From positions 1 to 64,000 of the forward strand of contig QPGO01000195.1 of assembly GCA_008632985.1 (NCBI GenBank): a stretch of 64,000 bases of DNA. Direction: 5' to 3'. This stretch comes from Psammoneis japonica. Lineage: Eukaryota. The notes under the pieces are model-generated. The model searched no databases. It saw only the letters and a list, made by a program, of their open reading frames with translations, and had not been told where the DNA came from. The position numbers were made by a program, and so were the translations under genes. This document shows positions 1 to 13,640 of the stretch, in pieces; within the stretch, counting starts at the first letter, position 1, and every line of letters begins with the position of its first letter.

Positions 1-522
1 GGAAGAGGTTTATACTTTATAGAGTCTGGCATGATAAAAACCGAGCGAGATTCCTCCCAAACCCTTTCTCGTGGCGCAGGCGGCTCCTTACGACGGCGAT
101 TTAGTCGCATGGAACTATCGCAGATGAATGCAAGGACGGGTACCGTTGGACAGCAGGCAGCGGCGCTGAAAGCAGGGCAGCACGACATCGCATCAAAAAC
201 CATGAGGCTTGCGCGGATCGGTCCGGGCTGGGTTGTTGGCACAATTGAAGGGGTTACTGGTTTGCAACATACCGGTAGCCATATGGCTTTAACGGATTGC
301 CGCCTTCATCACTTGCCATATTCAAAAATACAGGAACTCGAAGGACGAGATCCTGTGTTGGTCCTTTGCTTGTACAAAATGTTGGCTCATTTGTCAGCAC
401 GTCGTCAGGAAGTCACCATCGAACATGCTGCCACGCTACACTCAATCATGACATCACGGGCACAGGGTCAGCCTCTTAGTAGAGTTACTCAAGGGGCCAT
501 CTCAAGCATTCAGTACGCCTAG
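1..522 (+). CDS. 3' end of a cyclic-nucleotide-binding-domain protein, probably a SulP/STAS sulfate transporter C-terminus (partial)
   Basis: Frame open from base 1: GLYFIESG...RLARIGPGWVVG...ALTDCRLHHLPY..I..LE..DP.L, a cNMP-binding fold pattern; TAG at 520-522. Confidence 0.65.
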   Translation, partial: GRGLYFIESGMIKTERDSSQTLSRGAGGSLRRRFSRMELSQMNARTGTVGQQAAALKAGQHDIASKTMRLARIGPGWVVGTIEGVTGLQHTGSHMALTDCRLHHLPYSKIQELEGRDPVLVLCLYKMLAHLSARRQEVTIEHAATLHSIMTSRAQGQPLSRVTQGAISSIQYA

Positions 523-699
523 ATAGATATAGAAGTGCTTCTAGGTTTAAAGTTGTCGTTACAGTTTACAATAAAAGTTGCGTCTCTGGAGACGCGTGAA
601 GCGCGTCACCAAAATAGACAAGAGACGCCACATGGAAAATTCAGTGTGCAAGCTTGAGCATTGCATCGTATGGAGAGACATCTTCGTCACATCCACTTT

Positions 700-1938
700 C
701 TAAGGGTTCTCAGCAGTTTCCACATCCTGACCGTGTTGGTGGTCATCAGAAGCACTCTCGGTAAACATCGGTGGTTCCGTGTCCTCGGATGCGTCACAGG
801 GTTTCTCGTCGCCACTGCTCTTCTTGTTGCGTCGATAGTACAGAAAGGCAAGACCGGCCAAAACCACAGCTCCTCCAATAGAAGCTCCGATGATGGCACC
901 GGTATTCGATGAGGAACCAGAGTCGCCGTCGCCTTCCTCGGCATTGACCGATTTCGGTTTCGATGGTTCTTGGGAGAAGAATCGAACATCTACAATTGTT
1001 CCTTTAGAGACACCTTGACCAAACAGCTGCTTCTTTTCGATCTTGTTGTTGAGAGCAGTCAACACAGTTTCTCCACCCGCTTGAGCCATATCCTGTTCAG
1101 CCACGTACACCTTTGTCAATAGAAGAACCTTGAAGCAGGAGTTTCCACTTTTTTCCGCCGTGCAACCTGCCATGCGTACAACAATAGTGAAGCAAAATGA
1201 ATAAGAAAATTATAATCAAGGCATGATACAGATTGACTGGTTTTACTTACGATCATCCTCAATCGTTGGTTCACTCTCGATCGTTACTCCTTCAATGATT
1301 GCACCATCGAGCTCACGATTCTGGGCAATAAGCATACGAGTTGCAGTATGGGGCAAGCACAGAGAGAAGTCATCCGCAGCAGACTTTAGCATGGCAAACG
1401 AAAGCACGTCGAGAAAGTCAGTCGCAGGAGTGCTCGTTTCAACTTCCAATCCAAACGCAAGACTCGTGGATGGGAGGCCAACAAAGTTGTCCTCTTCGCA
1501 TGCAGTGGACATTGGGAACGGGCCTGATTTCGTGGCTTGCTCTGCAGGATTCTTCTTTGTAGAGTCACTAGTCGAAGGCGAGGATGCTGGAGGTGGTGGC
1601 GAGGGAACAACTTTGTGGATGGGTGCAGGCACCGGTGCAGGATCATCCGAAGGCATAACAGGATCATCCGAAGGCTCATATGACATGCTGTAAGAGTAAC
1701 CATAAGACATGTCACCAAGCTCCCGGAAAACGTCTCTGTCGAAATGAATGTGCAAAAAGCGTAAGACTTCGATAAGAGGACAAAGAAAAGCAAGAAGCGA
1801 ACCCACATACCCATCCTCGTCCAAATCAAACGCTGTGATGATTTCTCTGCCAAACTGGTTGTCCTGTGTTCGGAGGCGGGCAGGAGAAGCGTTCGCCATC
1901 GCGGCCAAAGCGAAAACAACGGAGACAATAAGCTTCAT
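700..1938 (-). CDS. Single-pass membrane/cell-surface protein (signal peptide, Pro/Ser-rich linker, C-terminal TM); 3 exons
   Basis: MKLIVSVVFALAAMANA signal peptide; GT-AG introns at about 1810-1736 and 1250-1167 join the ORF pieces; TM AIIGASIGGAVVLAGLAFLYY followed by RRNKK. Confidence 0.7.
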
Positions 1939-3076
1939 GGTTTCACTGTTCGTGCGAAAATAAAATTGTGTCAATGTTTCGTCACGTTCGAAGAGATTGT
2001 GCGTTCTGATGTGGTGGTGGAGTGGAGCAAATATTCGAGAAGCAGTGGAGAGGTACTTTCGAAAAAATTTAAACCCGCGAAAGCAATATGCGTTGAGAAA
2101 ATTACAAATTTCAAATTTTTGCGATTTATGGGAAACGTGAACAAATTTAACGTCTTTAGCGGTTAACGATAAACAGAAGATATGCCTAAATATATGCCTT
2201 AGGATCTTTAATGATCTTTTCTTATATCTACAGTTTCCATTGTCACTGGACTTCCAAAATTTTAAAGTTCTCGATGAAATTTCTCTCGCTTCCGTTCATG
2301 TTTTCTTTCGCTTTCGTTGCGGCAAAGCAACTCCTTCCAAAGCGAGTTCCTGAAGCTGAGTATCAACGCTAACAGTGGGAATGAGTCGCAGACACAACAT
2401 AAACAATGATCCAACTCGCGGGAACAAAGCAATTCTGGGATCGAACAATCGAACCCGTGTGCTGTCTCTTAATGAAATTTTTCTTCGGCTCATTCGGGTT
2501 TTCGCTGAAAGAACTTTGCGAATGAGTTCCACCGATATCAGCTCCGCTCTCAGATACTCCGTAACGTCGTTGCATTCTAAAGGCTCTATCTCAAGTACTG
2601 AAGCGTTGCATTGAAGAACAAAGAGCCGCTTTCCTTGTTCAGTCTCAAGTCGGAGAGACACGATCCACTCCGCTTGTCGTACTGTTGATAGTATAAACTC
2701 AACAACATACCAGTTAAAATAACAATATGAAACATGCTCTGTTCTTGCTCTACACGGCCGGTTCGTTGTTGACCGAAAACTGTTGACACTGCGGTCCATG
2801 CCTTCTCGCTCCAATCTGATTTATTTTACAGCATTTAGCAAAGCTTGCGGCTGTCCTTCCATCCTCCGTTCTTCAAATCCTGCGCGGTGACGGCGGTGCG
2901 TCCTTCCTCGGGTCAAAATGAAGACGAAAGCTTGACGAAAGGCCGTCGCAACGGCACATACATCCTTTCTCCTATCATCTATCACCGCAGTCCCTTTGTT
3001 TGAGCACACTCCAACGCTGATATCTCTCTCTCGAGAGAGAGCAACCGGTACGGGACGCAGCAAGAAAAAAGTAGGA

Positions 3077-5972
3077 ATGCAGCGAGCACAACACGTATAC
3101 CGGTTGAACGATAAAACAGCGATCGAGCTCATTCCTGACGAGGCTTCGTCATCGCAACGAAACAATAATTGTATATCTGAAGAAGGCACGTCCTCTCTTC
3201 TTTCGTTACGGCTGTCAAATTTCTCAGGCAGTCTCGTGGAGAGACTTGTCGAGAATGGAGGTGAACGAGAATCCGCGTCTGTAGGCAATACCAACTCAAG
3301 ATTTTCAAAACGCGTGACACTTGCCCAGACACTACTCAGCCCGCCGTCCTCAACGGCGTCCTTTCGAAGGATCCAGCAGCAAGCTATGTCAAAAAGACTA
3401 TTCCCAGCGACTTACGGGCTGCCCGGGCAAAACAGAATGGGAACATTTCTGAAGCACCGACACTGCTGCACGAGCTCTGTGCAATGCCTGATGTGACGTT
3501 AAATGACTTGAATACGCAGCTTACAAAGGACCCAAAGGCGTCCGCCATATCAGATTCAAAAGGGCGTCTTCCTCTGCATGTATTGGGCTGTAATGACGCA
3601 CTGCTGTTGACCCCAGACGGCAAAGAGACAGCGTCTGCTTTTGTTTGGGAGATTATACATGTGAACCCTCACGCCATTACTGCATTAGACAATGACGGTT
3701 TTATGCCGTTTGTCAGTCTCATTAAGGACTGGTATGTTTGGAACTACGAACACCAGAGCGACGCCCCAACCGAACGCGATTTGAGCACGGACGATAGAGA
3801 GAGGCAACTCTTGACTCGATCTACCACGTCTTTTCCTCAAGCTGGCATGTGGGAAGAAGTTGAATGGGCATTTGACATGCTTTCGCTAGAGATGAACGAA
3901 CTCGGAGAAAAGAACGGTGGCTTATTCAAACAGAAGAGACCATACCGGGTCCATCCAAATGAGGAAGCGAACAGGGCACGCCTTGCACTCGCAACCCACG
4001 TCGCTGAAAAGATGCCAACGATTATAAAGATGATTTTGCTCCTTGAAGACGAAGCTGGCACGACGCGTAAACGATTGCTATCATCCCCAATCGTTCGCCG
4101 TATGCTTCTTCGACCTGAGACTGTCAAGACGCCCTGGTTGACAAGTATGCTCCACCGACAAGGCTTGGCTTCCAAGCGAGCCATTGACTACCTAGTGTTG
4201 GTTTCTCTGACGACGGTTACAGATTATGTTGGGGAGTATCGTGCTGTCTTACGTGAGGATGAGCATGCATACGAAGATGAGCTTGACAGTGTTTTCAGCA
4301 CTCTTGAAAGCATGGACGGCCTAGTGGCATCGCTGGTTGTCCTTCCAGATAGGGACACAGAGCGTGCTGCACTGACGCCGGTCATGTGGCATATCATGTC
4401 CAACAGCCTCGCTCGTCCTCTTACAGTCTCCCTCGTCCTGATTGATTTCGTACTGCTTCTCGCTCTTTTGGTGGTATGTATTTTCGTGTGCACGAGTCAA
4501 GTTGTGATTGGAAAAATGACATCCTAACGTTTTGTGAAATACTCTTAGTCCTATCGAAATGAATTGAGGAACGGCCTTTTGCTTGACGACCCTGCTACTA
4601 ATTTCGTTGGCGCCCTGCCGTACCAGGTCGTTTATGTTATCTGTTCTCATTTTTTCATTCGAAAGGCAGGGGAAACCATAGCTTTGCTTGCTATTTCTGC
4701 AAAGGTATTCAGAAGCTATGCCTTGAATTTATGGACCATTTTCGACGTACTTGCTGTTTGTTTGGCTCTTGTGGCCACAAGGTCAGTCGGAGTAAGGTCA
4801 ATCTTTTCAGTTTGGAGCTTTGCTATCACTTTCTCACGTCACCAATCGTCCTTAGTTTGAATCAAACTCAACCGGAGAATTACAGAGCGGGGTTAGACGC
4901 CGTCGTCCTCGGTTTCTTGTGGTTGCGGCTGATTGGCTTTATGAAAGTAATCAACAAACAAATGGCCCTCTTCGTTCTATCTCTCAACGACATCCTTCGT
5001 GACCTCATTTACTTTGCTCTGGTGTTGCTCCTTGTCATTTTCATGTTTGCTGGTAAGTTCAGTGGCTCTTTTTGTCCTCTCTGCCTACATTTCCAGAGGG
5101 ACCAACTCATGGATTGTATTTAATTTTCCTTGACGAACAGACATGGTACGTTGTGCGCGCACGCCTTCTAGTAGCTAGCTAGCTAGAGAAGAGAGTATGG
5201 TAGAGAGCGAACTTGCATTTGCGTTTTGGCTCTCCACAGTACCTACTGCTAGAGATACGACTCTGAAGCTTTCTTGTTTCTCGTTGCGAAATCCCAGATG
5301 ACGATCGTCGTTGCTTATCAAGATGACGGTCAATTCTGTTCTACTGAATCAGGCTCAGAAGACGTTGTCAGAGACTTTTGTACTGGTGATCCTATCGACG
5401 CATATCTACGCGTCTACGCCCTCTTGATCGGGGACTTTAGCTTAGACGAATACAGAGAAAACTCGGGCATGACAGTACTCTTCGTTATCTTCACCGTCAT
5501 TGGCGTGATAATCCTCTTAAATGTTATCATAGCCATTATCTCGGAGTCCTACGAAAGAGCCAGGACAGGAGCGAGCGCCTCTTTGGACGAGCCCGAGTGT
5601 TGTTTGTGGCGCAAAACCAAGCCTGGAGTCTTTCCTGCGACCTTTTACCGGCCTATTTGAGGATTTGGATGTGTTTGGAAAACCGCCCAGGTTTGTGATT
5701 TTCTTGGGCCCGATCTTTCGTTGGTGCATTCTTCTTACTCTCCTCGGGACAGCTATTTTCACCGAGATTTTTCTCTGGTGGCAAGCCCTGAGAACCTTAC
5801 CAATGACGGATCTGTTGTCGTTGGGGTTTTGTTCCTCGTGCTAGCGACGATAATGATTGCGGCATTGTGGGTATTCATTTCATTTACACTTGATTGTGTG
5901 CTCCGAGTCTGGCATCGGGAACGAGGAAACGGGAAGAGAGTGGAAAAGAGGGGTGCATCACGCGCTTCATAG
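3077..5972 (+). CDS. Ankyrin-like repeat / TRP-like ion channel protein, multi-exon, with apparent 1-nt frameshifts
   Basis: DSKGRLPLHVLG and DNDGFMPF ankyrin-like motifs; several TM helices; WLRLIGFMKVINK and IILLNVIIAIISESYE S6/TRP-box-like motif; introns at about 4474-4548, 4782-4855, 5053-5140 and 5146-5297; start and end approximate. Confidence 0.65.
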
Positions 5973-6096
5973 TAAGAAAGACGGCAGGTCTGTTTGGTAC
6001 GATAGGAATCGACAAAACCTCGTTGCTGGAAGACGAAGAGGAGTGAAATTGTTCCTTTTCATTAGCTTTAGATACTGTTAAGACCGATACATCTAG

Positions 6097-6456
6097 TTAG
6101 AGTTGTTCTAGTTCGTCTCTAGATCTTGTCGAGGACCCACTTGCTGCAGCAAACACCACGCCCAATACGATAATGGCAACGAAGCCACCCGCTGCTTTCA
6201 AGACAAAGCCTTTATCCGTTTCAATCCGCTCCTCTTCGAGTTCAGCCAATCTATCCAACCGTTCCCGCTTGGTTCCACTGCGAGAGACGTCCCTCTTGGA
6301 CATTTCTAACGAAACGTCGCCCACAGAAAAGCTCGATCTTGTGACAGGTCGCGACGGAGGACCCATCAGCTTCTGCATGCCAGTGGGCACAACAAAAGCA
6401 GCACAGGAGCTCATTACAGCGACAAAACCCAACGAGAAAAGGATTTGTTTCATCAT
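6097..6456 (-). CDS. Small putative plastid-targeted membrane protein
   Basis: Signal peptide ending SCAA|FVVP (ASAFAP-like), transit-like Ser/Arg region, C-terminal hydrophobic helix. Confidence 0.6.
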   Translation of the reverse strand: MMKQILFSLGFVAVMSSCAAFVVPTGMQKLMGPPSRPVTRSSFSVGDVSLEMSKRDVSRSGTKRERLDRLAELEEERIETDKGFVLKAAGGFVAIIVLGVVFAAASGSSTRSRDELEQL

Positions 6457-6619
6457 TGCGGCGACAGAGCGAGAGCTGGAGATGGAGCTAAGAATGAGTA
6501 TTCATACGAGGTGCTGTCAATGGTTGCGTTACCAAGCAAAGCACAAAGCAAAAGATCGCATCTTCGCATGTGTCAAGCGCAGCAATTGTGTTGTCACAGT
6601 ATGATTCGTGTAGGATTCT

Positions 6620-9600
6620 ACGTGAGTCCGCAAAAGAGAAGAACACGTCACCGAGCGAAGCCTCGGCCAGGGCCATGCCTTGCATGTGCGAGGTGCTGTG
6701 GAACCTCTCTGGCCACAGTGGGCCGTTCAGACGCTTGGCTCCAACTTGGTGCACCATCTCTCCATTCATGCAATCCGCTTTGCTTCCTCCCTTCCCACCG
6801 AATCCTCCCCATTCCCTCTGCCAAACGCCCTTCTTCACACTGTGTCATGTGCCCTTCCACACCTCCGCCACTGCCACACAGCTGCCTCCTCCTGCTGCTG
6901 CTCCTTTCCGCTTTGCACAGGCTTTTTGACTCTGCACTTGGTTTGATCGCTTGAAATTAAAACACAAAAAAGAGAGTGGCTTCAACGAAGGTGCCTTGTT
7001 TGTTGAACTTTTTTCTCTTGCAGGCTGAAGCCAGAGGCAAGAGGTCCTTGTTTTTTGGGCACAAGCCAAAGAGTGGCCTCCAACCGCCACACAAAACAAT
7101 GACGCAGCTGAAAAAATCATGCCAGCATTGACAGCACAGCTCTCTGAGGACAAAACAGGGAGCTTTGTTGATGCTCTCTAAACGTGCCATTCTCTCTCTT
7201 GAGGTCTTGGCTTCCCTTTGCCCCGGTGGCTTTTTTGTGCCCCAAAAAGGAAAAGCCAACAGCAGCATCACATCATTTGCAGCTGCAGCAGCAATTTTTG
7301 CACCCCAAGCAGAGGTGAAATTCTGGCACCTTCTTGAATTGCCCAAGGTTGTGCACCACTTTTCACTGTGACACAGCAAAGCACCAGAATGGGGAGGGGG
7401 GTTGACATCTTGGTGATGGAGGAGGGAGAGCACAAGAGAGCATGGGCAGCACAGCTTCTGAAAAGTTGCTGCTTCTGAGCCATGCTGCAGATGCCTGCAG
7501 ATTGTTGTGCTGCTTGCAGCAATGTGGCATGCCAGAGGAAGTGGCAAACAACATGAAAGGCCAGACACCTGTGGCTCTCAATGCACGCAGCTCACAAGAT
7601 TGCCAGCGAAGTTGCTGTGCAAATGATGGGCAATGACATCGCTGGTTCCAGCAATGGGTTCAAGCATGCCCATGTGCTGCAGCTCTCCTGCACTCATCAT
7701 TGTCTGCACAAAAAAGCTTTTGCTCCCACCTCAATCCTTTTGTCTTGTTTGTGTTCTTGTCCCTCATGCTCTCTTCTCTGGACTCTGCACTCTCCGGCTC
7801 TTCTGCAGTGGACTGGTCTCAACAGCACTGGGTTGTTTTTTTCACCGCACCATCAGCACCTCTGTCAAAATGTCATCTTTTTTGCTGGTTGTTGCATCTG
7901 ATGACAGTGAAATTTCTGTGACTGCCGCTTGCCAGGCATTTTCTTTCAACCACGTCTTCTTGTGAAGCAGCTTCTGCTTGCTCCACTGTGTCCATCCCTG
8001 TCACTTCTGTCAGAGCATGACCTTCTGAGGCATCCACTGCTTCTGCTTCTTCCACTGCCTCTTTTTCTGCCATGTTGGCAGCAGCTGCCTCAGTCACATC
8101 AGTTGCAGCATCAAAGTCTGCCAGCTCATTTGTGCTGTCCATCTCCTCTGCCATGTTGGTTTGCAGTCCTTCAAAATCAAAATGCTGCACAAGACAATGC
8201 AAGAAATGTCACAGCACACATGCAATGCACCACCAATGATGAATTTTTTTTGTGCTCACCTTCCCCCAGAGCATTGCCCTCTCAGCATCACCTTCATTCT
8301 GGGTTGCTTCCTCTCTTTTCCTTGCCCAATCTTTTTCCAACCTTTTCATGCTGGCAATCATGTGACACCCAGCTTCTTCTTCTCCAGCTGCTTGATGCTT
8401 GCATCTCTTGTTCACACTGTTGCTCTGCAGCTGCCATTTACACTGCTGTTGCCAGTGCAGCCAAAGAGCCACCGCAAATCTTTTTTGCCAACCCAACCTT
8501 GCAATTTCATTGCGTGGGTTCTGCTTCTCACATGCAGATGGGTTCCACAGTGCAACATGCCAGTTGAGCACCTGCTTGCTTCCATCATGCACCAAGTCCA
8601 ACAGACCCTGCTGCTTGGCAGCATTTGAAAATTGCTCTTGTGCTTCATGCAGGCCTTTTGCATTTCCACCAGCAACATCTCACATGACTTGGATTGGTCT
8701 GCCATGTGTTTGACCTGCTTAAAAAAATCTCGCTGCAGCTCCTGCAGTCATCTGCCTTGATGATGTGGGTTGCTGTCTGTCATGAATGCTGCCTTTAGAT
8801 TGCATTCATGACAGATCAGTGCTGCAACAAGAGGGCATTTTATGTGGAAGATGGGGACAAGGGAAAGAGTCTGTTTTTTGTCACTTCATTTGCAAGACAA
8901 GAGAAACAATGGATGCTGCTGCACAGAGTGATGCCGCAAGGAATGTGAGGGTGCTGACTTCAAACAAGTTCCTCTGCCAGGTTCAAAGTCATGGAACACT
9001 TGAACATGCCCAAGCAACCCATTGCATTTTCTGCAAAGGCAGCGTTGGATGAAACTGCTGATGACATTGTGTGAAAGTGCACTGCCAATGCCTGGGACAC
9101 ATGTCGATTGTTTCAGAATGGACTGTGGATGTGAAAAAGGCCCGAGCATCGTTCAAGTGATTGCCATGGATTTGGAGACCTGCATGTTCAACAAGCCTTT
9201 CCCAAATGGTCTGGCTGCTTTCCTTGAGTCACCTGCATTAAAAAAAAGGCACCAAACATTTCTGCTGACTGGCACAAGCTTGCTCACCTGGATTGGTGCA
9301 CTCAGTTGACAAATTGCACAAACCTTTTGCAAAGGGCAGTGGTGGGTCTCTCCAACATGTGCAAAGAACTGCTCAGATGAGGCCCAACAAAGACAACTGT
9401 CTTCACTTGTTTGATTGGAGAAGCTCAAGAGCTGGCAACAAGAAGCTCTGCCAACATGCCATCTGGACTTGCACACTCAAATGATGGCACATTTGAAAAT
9501 GGCAGCAATGCCACACCTGGATCTAAAAGCCAATCTTGCTCCTGCTTTGGGGGCACTCTTTGGCGTCACACCAGCTGATGTTCAAGCTGCAATGGCATCA

Positions 9601-12600
9601 CTCAACACTTTGAAGCAGCTGTTTGTGTGTGTTCAGAAAATGGGATGAAAGTCTCTGAAAGAAATTCTTGCAAGTGGCACATCTGAAACCTTTTGAGAGA
9701 TTTGAAATGTGAGAGTGGCCCCACCAAGTCAACTGAGCACATTCTTCCATGCATGCACTCAAAAGTTGCAAGGTTGAATTTCAGACTGTGACAACAGCAG
9801 TGGCGCCAAAGACCTTTCACCAGAAGCAGAGCTGCCATCTGATCTTGAGAATGACGATGGAGGGAGCATGATGGAGCTTTCAATGAGCAGGAGAGCGACA
9901 ATGATGAGGCCCAATGCCAGCACCAATGAAGCATTTTCATGCAAAACAAGACATCAAACACATGTTCATTGAACTTGGCAAGGTGCTCTCAAAAAACAAT
10001 GGCGCCTTTTGAGTCTTCATGGCATGGCTCTCAGATGCTTTCTTTGTGTCTCACCACCAATCTGACATCAAGTTTGTTGTCAAAGAAGAAGCATTGCTCA
10101 GAAGTGGCTCAACCAAAATGAAGTGAATGCACTGCACCTTGGCAACTCTTTGGAAAGAGAATTTGCTGTGCTGTCATGAGCTCAGAGGAGCCAGAACAAG
10201 ATTTCATGAACCTTGCAAACCTTGCCACCAGTGCTGCTGATGCAAAGACAAAAGAACCCTCTGTTTGGGAAGAAGGAGTGGAGTCTGTTCAAGGCAATGC
10301 TTTGGCACATGCAGAAAGGTTGTTTGAGCAACACACCTTTTGTGTCATCATGTCACATGATTGAAGTTGGATTTGATTCTTGTGGTGCACCTCTTTTCAA
10401 ACACTTTTGTGGAGCTGGTGCACTGGAAGGGCATCACCAGAAGGCAAGGCAGCTGCTGCAAGTGTTTGCCTGCTCAACATGCCTCATGATTGCACTGCTG
10501 TGCAAATTCATGCACAGATGGAATCTCATGACATGATTGATGCCCATGTTCTTGGACTGCCCCAACATCATGCCAACTGCTGTGATGGATGGGAAGTGGC
10601 AAAAGAAGCAGAAGTGCTGTTGACACATGGGATGAGTTGCCAGAGCCAGCCCATGCATTGGCTGAGCTTGTGGAAGACATTGCACAGACAAATGAAAAGT
10701 TCAGCACAGAAGGCACCCTCCAAGCCCATGATCTTAAAGCCAAAGTTGAGAAGCTTGTTGATGCCTTCAAAGATGGATGTCTTGATGCAAGATGAAGACA
10801 TTGTTGATGAATCTGAAGCAAAATTCCAAGAGCCCCTGCATTTGCCATGTGGGTTGCAAAGAATTTTGGTTGCAAATGAGGCACCAAACTGTTTGTGACA
10901 GAAATGGAAGCAGATTTTTTTGGCACTGTGCAAGTGGCCCAAACAAGGCCAGAGAGCAACACGAAGCAGACAATTTTTCATGCATTCAATGGGATGAGAC
11001 AGCAAGCTTTTGGACCCAGTGGGCAAAAGATGAAGATGATGGAAAGCAGCCAAGAAGCAACACAACTTGCAAAAATGTGTTCCACTTGATGGCTTGCTGG
11101 CAGGCACTGAAAAAAGGAAATGTGGTGGCCGCTGTCATTGGAATCAATGACACCAACACAGCCCTCTGAAGGGAGCCACAAGGGAAGAATTGCAGCACAA
11201 ATGCAAATTGCCGGTGCAGTGCAAAAGTGGCTGATGCAACTTGTGACCTGAAAGAACCCTCTGGAGAAGTTGAGACCTTTCCAAGTGATGGCACATTTCC
11301 AAATGACAACAGAAATTTGGACATTTTGATGCAGCTGTGGAAGCCTGACTGAACAAAGAGATGCAAAAGCAAGCAGGTGTCTCAGTGGCACCTTTTGTTG
11401 GTGTGCTGCCTCCTGGACATGCAGCAAGTGACCACACAACACCACTCACAACAGCTCCAGCAAGCTCATCTGCAAAGCAATCAAAGAAACCAAGTGGAGC
11501 CAAAACACAGAGCGCACATTGATCAACAGTTTTTTCCCTTTTTGCCCAGTGCCAGTGAGCCACCAGCTCCAGCACCACCTGTCTGGTGCTCCAGTGCTGC
11601 CTGGCAGCTGCCAAAATGACACCTGCTCTGGCCTTGCCCAGCACGGCTCCAAAGCTTGCACCATCATTTCAACACAGTGCATCATGGACACAAACTGCAA
11701 TGCAAGCAACAAGAAATGTGCAGTGTGAGCCAGAGAAAAATGGTGCAAAGCAGTTTTGGTCCATGTTTTGTTCCACATTGCCTGCATCTGGCCACTCCAG
11801 CCAACCACACCTGTCTGCTCCAATGCGGCCACCTGGCAACTGCTGCAACACCACCCAGCCACCACTCCTGCACCACCTGGCTGCTCCAATGCCGCCAACT
11901 TGTGCACCCCCTTCTCCAAGAATGCTGATGACTCCAGAGCTTGCACCCCCATTTCAACACAGTGTGGCAGAAAAAAATTGCAACACAAGTGTGGTGAGAA
12001 ACGTGCAGCAGTTGCAACAAACATGGAACAGATGAGAGGAGTTGAAAGATGGACCACCTCGTCCATCACAGACTCATGGCTTGATGTTTTCACAATGGCA
12101 AAGCATGGCAAAATTCAGGAAAAAGCGTGCAAATGATGAGCTGTTTGGCCAAATTTGAGGAGCCAAAAAATGGCAAACAATGACCCCCCTTCTTGAGGAT
12201 TGATTGGCAAATGGAGATCTTTTTTTTTTTTGAGCTCACAATTAAAAAAAAAAAACTGGATGCACCCCACCTCCCACCAAATGTGTGCAATGCCAAAAAT
12301 CAGTGATGGGTCAAACTTTGTCTGCTGGCAAGACATCACAGAATGACTGGATGACAGTTGTGTGGCTGTGCACAAGATGTTTGCAAAGGGCAAACAAGTT
12401 CTTCAAAGACAGGGTGAAGGACACCAAACAAGAGGTTGTGAATGGATGACTCAGCTGATGGGGGAAGTTGCACAGGATGATTCTGGAAAACCGAGAAAAA
12501 AGTGGAGGCAGGAGGACTCGACAAATCAAAAAATGACAAGAGTGACCACAGACCAGCACATGGGCAGTGAGCTGAGCCAAGGCATGCAATCTGGAGTTGA

Positions 12601-13640
12601 TGGTGGCTCAGTGGACAAAAAACAAATTGCAGCACTTGCACTGGCCAGTGGAAGACTGTGCGCCATTGACCCAATGCAGACAATGGATTGAAAATGAGTT
12701 GCGGCACTGCATCACAAACCAGTCATTCGAAAATGCCAGTCATTCAAAAATGCCAGTCAAGCAGCCAATCAATTCTCATCCAGCTGGCTGCAAACTTTTG
12801 ACAGAGTGGTTTGTGGGTGTCAACTTGCTGATTTGCACCAAACTTGTCTGTTCTTGATTTGCAAACTTGGACATGGTGTGATTTGTGACAAACCAAGCTG
12901 ATTTGTTTTGCAAATGAGCCCGTGTGCTCACACCCACATGCCTTTTCCAAGAATGCAGCCTGCTCATCAGCTGGCACAAGGTTTCCCCAATTTGGGCCCC
13001 CGACATGGAGGAAGAGCGCCGCCTGGCATCCTTGCACAATGAAAGGCCGTGGACAAGAAGCGCAAAAGCAGGCGAGCACACTCACGCAACAAACAAGAGG
13101 AAAAGCAGCTGTGGTGCTCACAGCAGGATTTGTGCACTGTGCCTGATGTTGATGCCAAGCTGCAAATAAAAAATTGGATGCACGAACATCTTGTGCCTGA
13201 GCAGCTGAAGATTGTGGCACAGCTGGCACATTGCCTCTGCCACTCTGACCAACTTTTCATGGGACAAACTGCTGTTTTCTGCAAATGCCAAAGCCAAAAT
13301 GACAGACAAGTGATCATGGCAGCATGACCCATGATGCTGCAGCAATTTGGTTCACTCCCAATGTTTGGGGCGGAGCTCCAGTCAGACAAGTGCTTGGCGG
13401 GTCATTGTGTGTCTCGCCTTGGCGCCAAACTCTCTCCGCTTCTGGGTTCACTTCGCGAAACGCGTCTTTGCAAAGTGCGCAAGTCCGTTCTTGTGTTTTG
13501 CACCATCGGTGTGACTTAAAATCTTTGTGGGTTTTTGATCCATGCTGCCTTCCTTTGTGTGGAAAGTTCTCAGCCGAGTGGTGGTGCGCACCGGCAGTGG
13601 GAGAAAAAAGGCGCGAAAATCGATCTTTCGATGTTTTCAC
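6620..13640. mobile_element. Hypermutated (TpA- and CpG-depleted) block 1: decayed repetitive or TE-derived DNA, family not identified
   Basis: No TA found by eye in 7201-8400 and only about 8 CG; strong TG/CA excess; overlapping Tyr-poor, Cys/His-rich spurious ORFs in all six frames. Confidence 0.7.
11560..11990. repeat. Degenerate direct repeat, period about 285 bp
   Basis: ccaaagcttgcaccatcatttcaacacagtg (11649) vs ccagagcttgcacccccatttcaacacagtg (11934), plus repeated ccacctg(t/g)ctgctcca motifs. Confidence 0.6.

Noticed and set aside
2296..2860. Possible small spliced minus-strand gene
   Set aside because: Splice-like sites exist, but no recognisable domain or consistent gene model could be supported
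6445..13519. Dozens of overlapping 60-220 aa ORFs here and in the other blocks as real genes
   Set aside because: They arise from loss of TAA/TAG; they overlap in all frames, nearly lack Tyr and show no domain motifs
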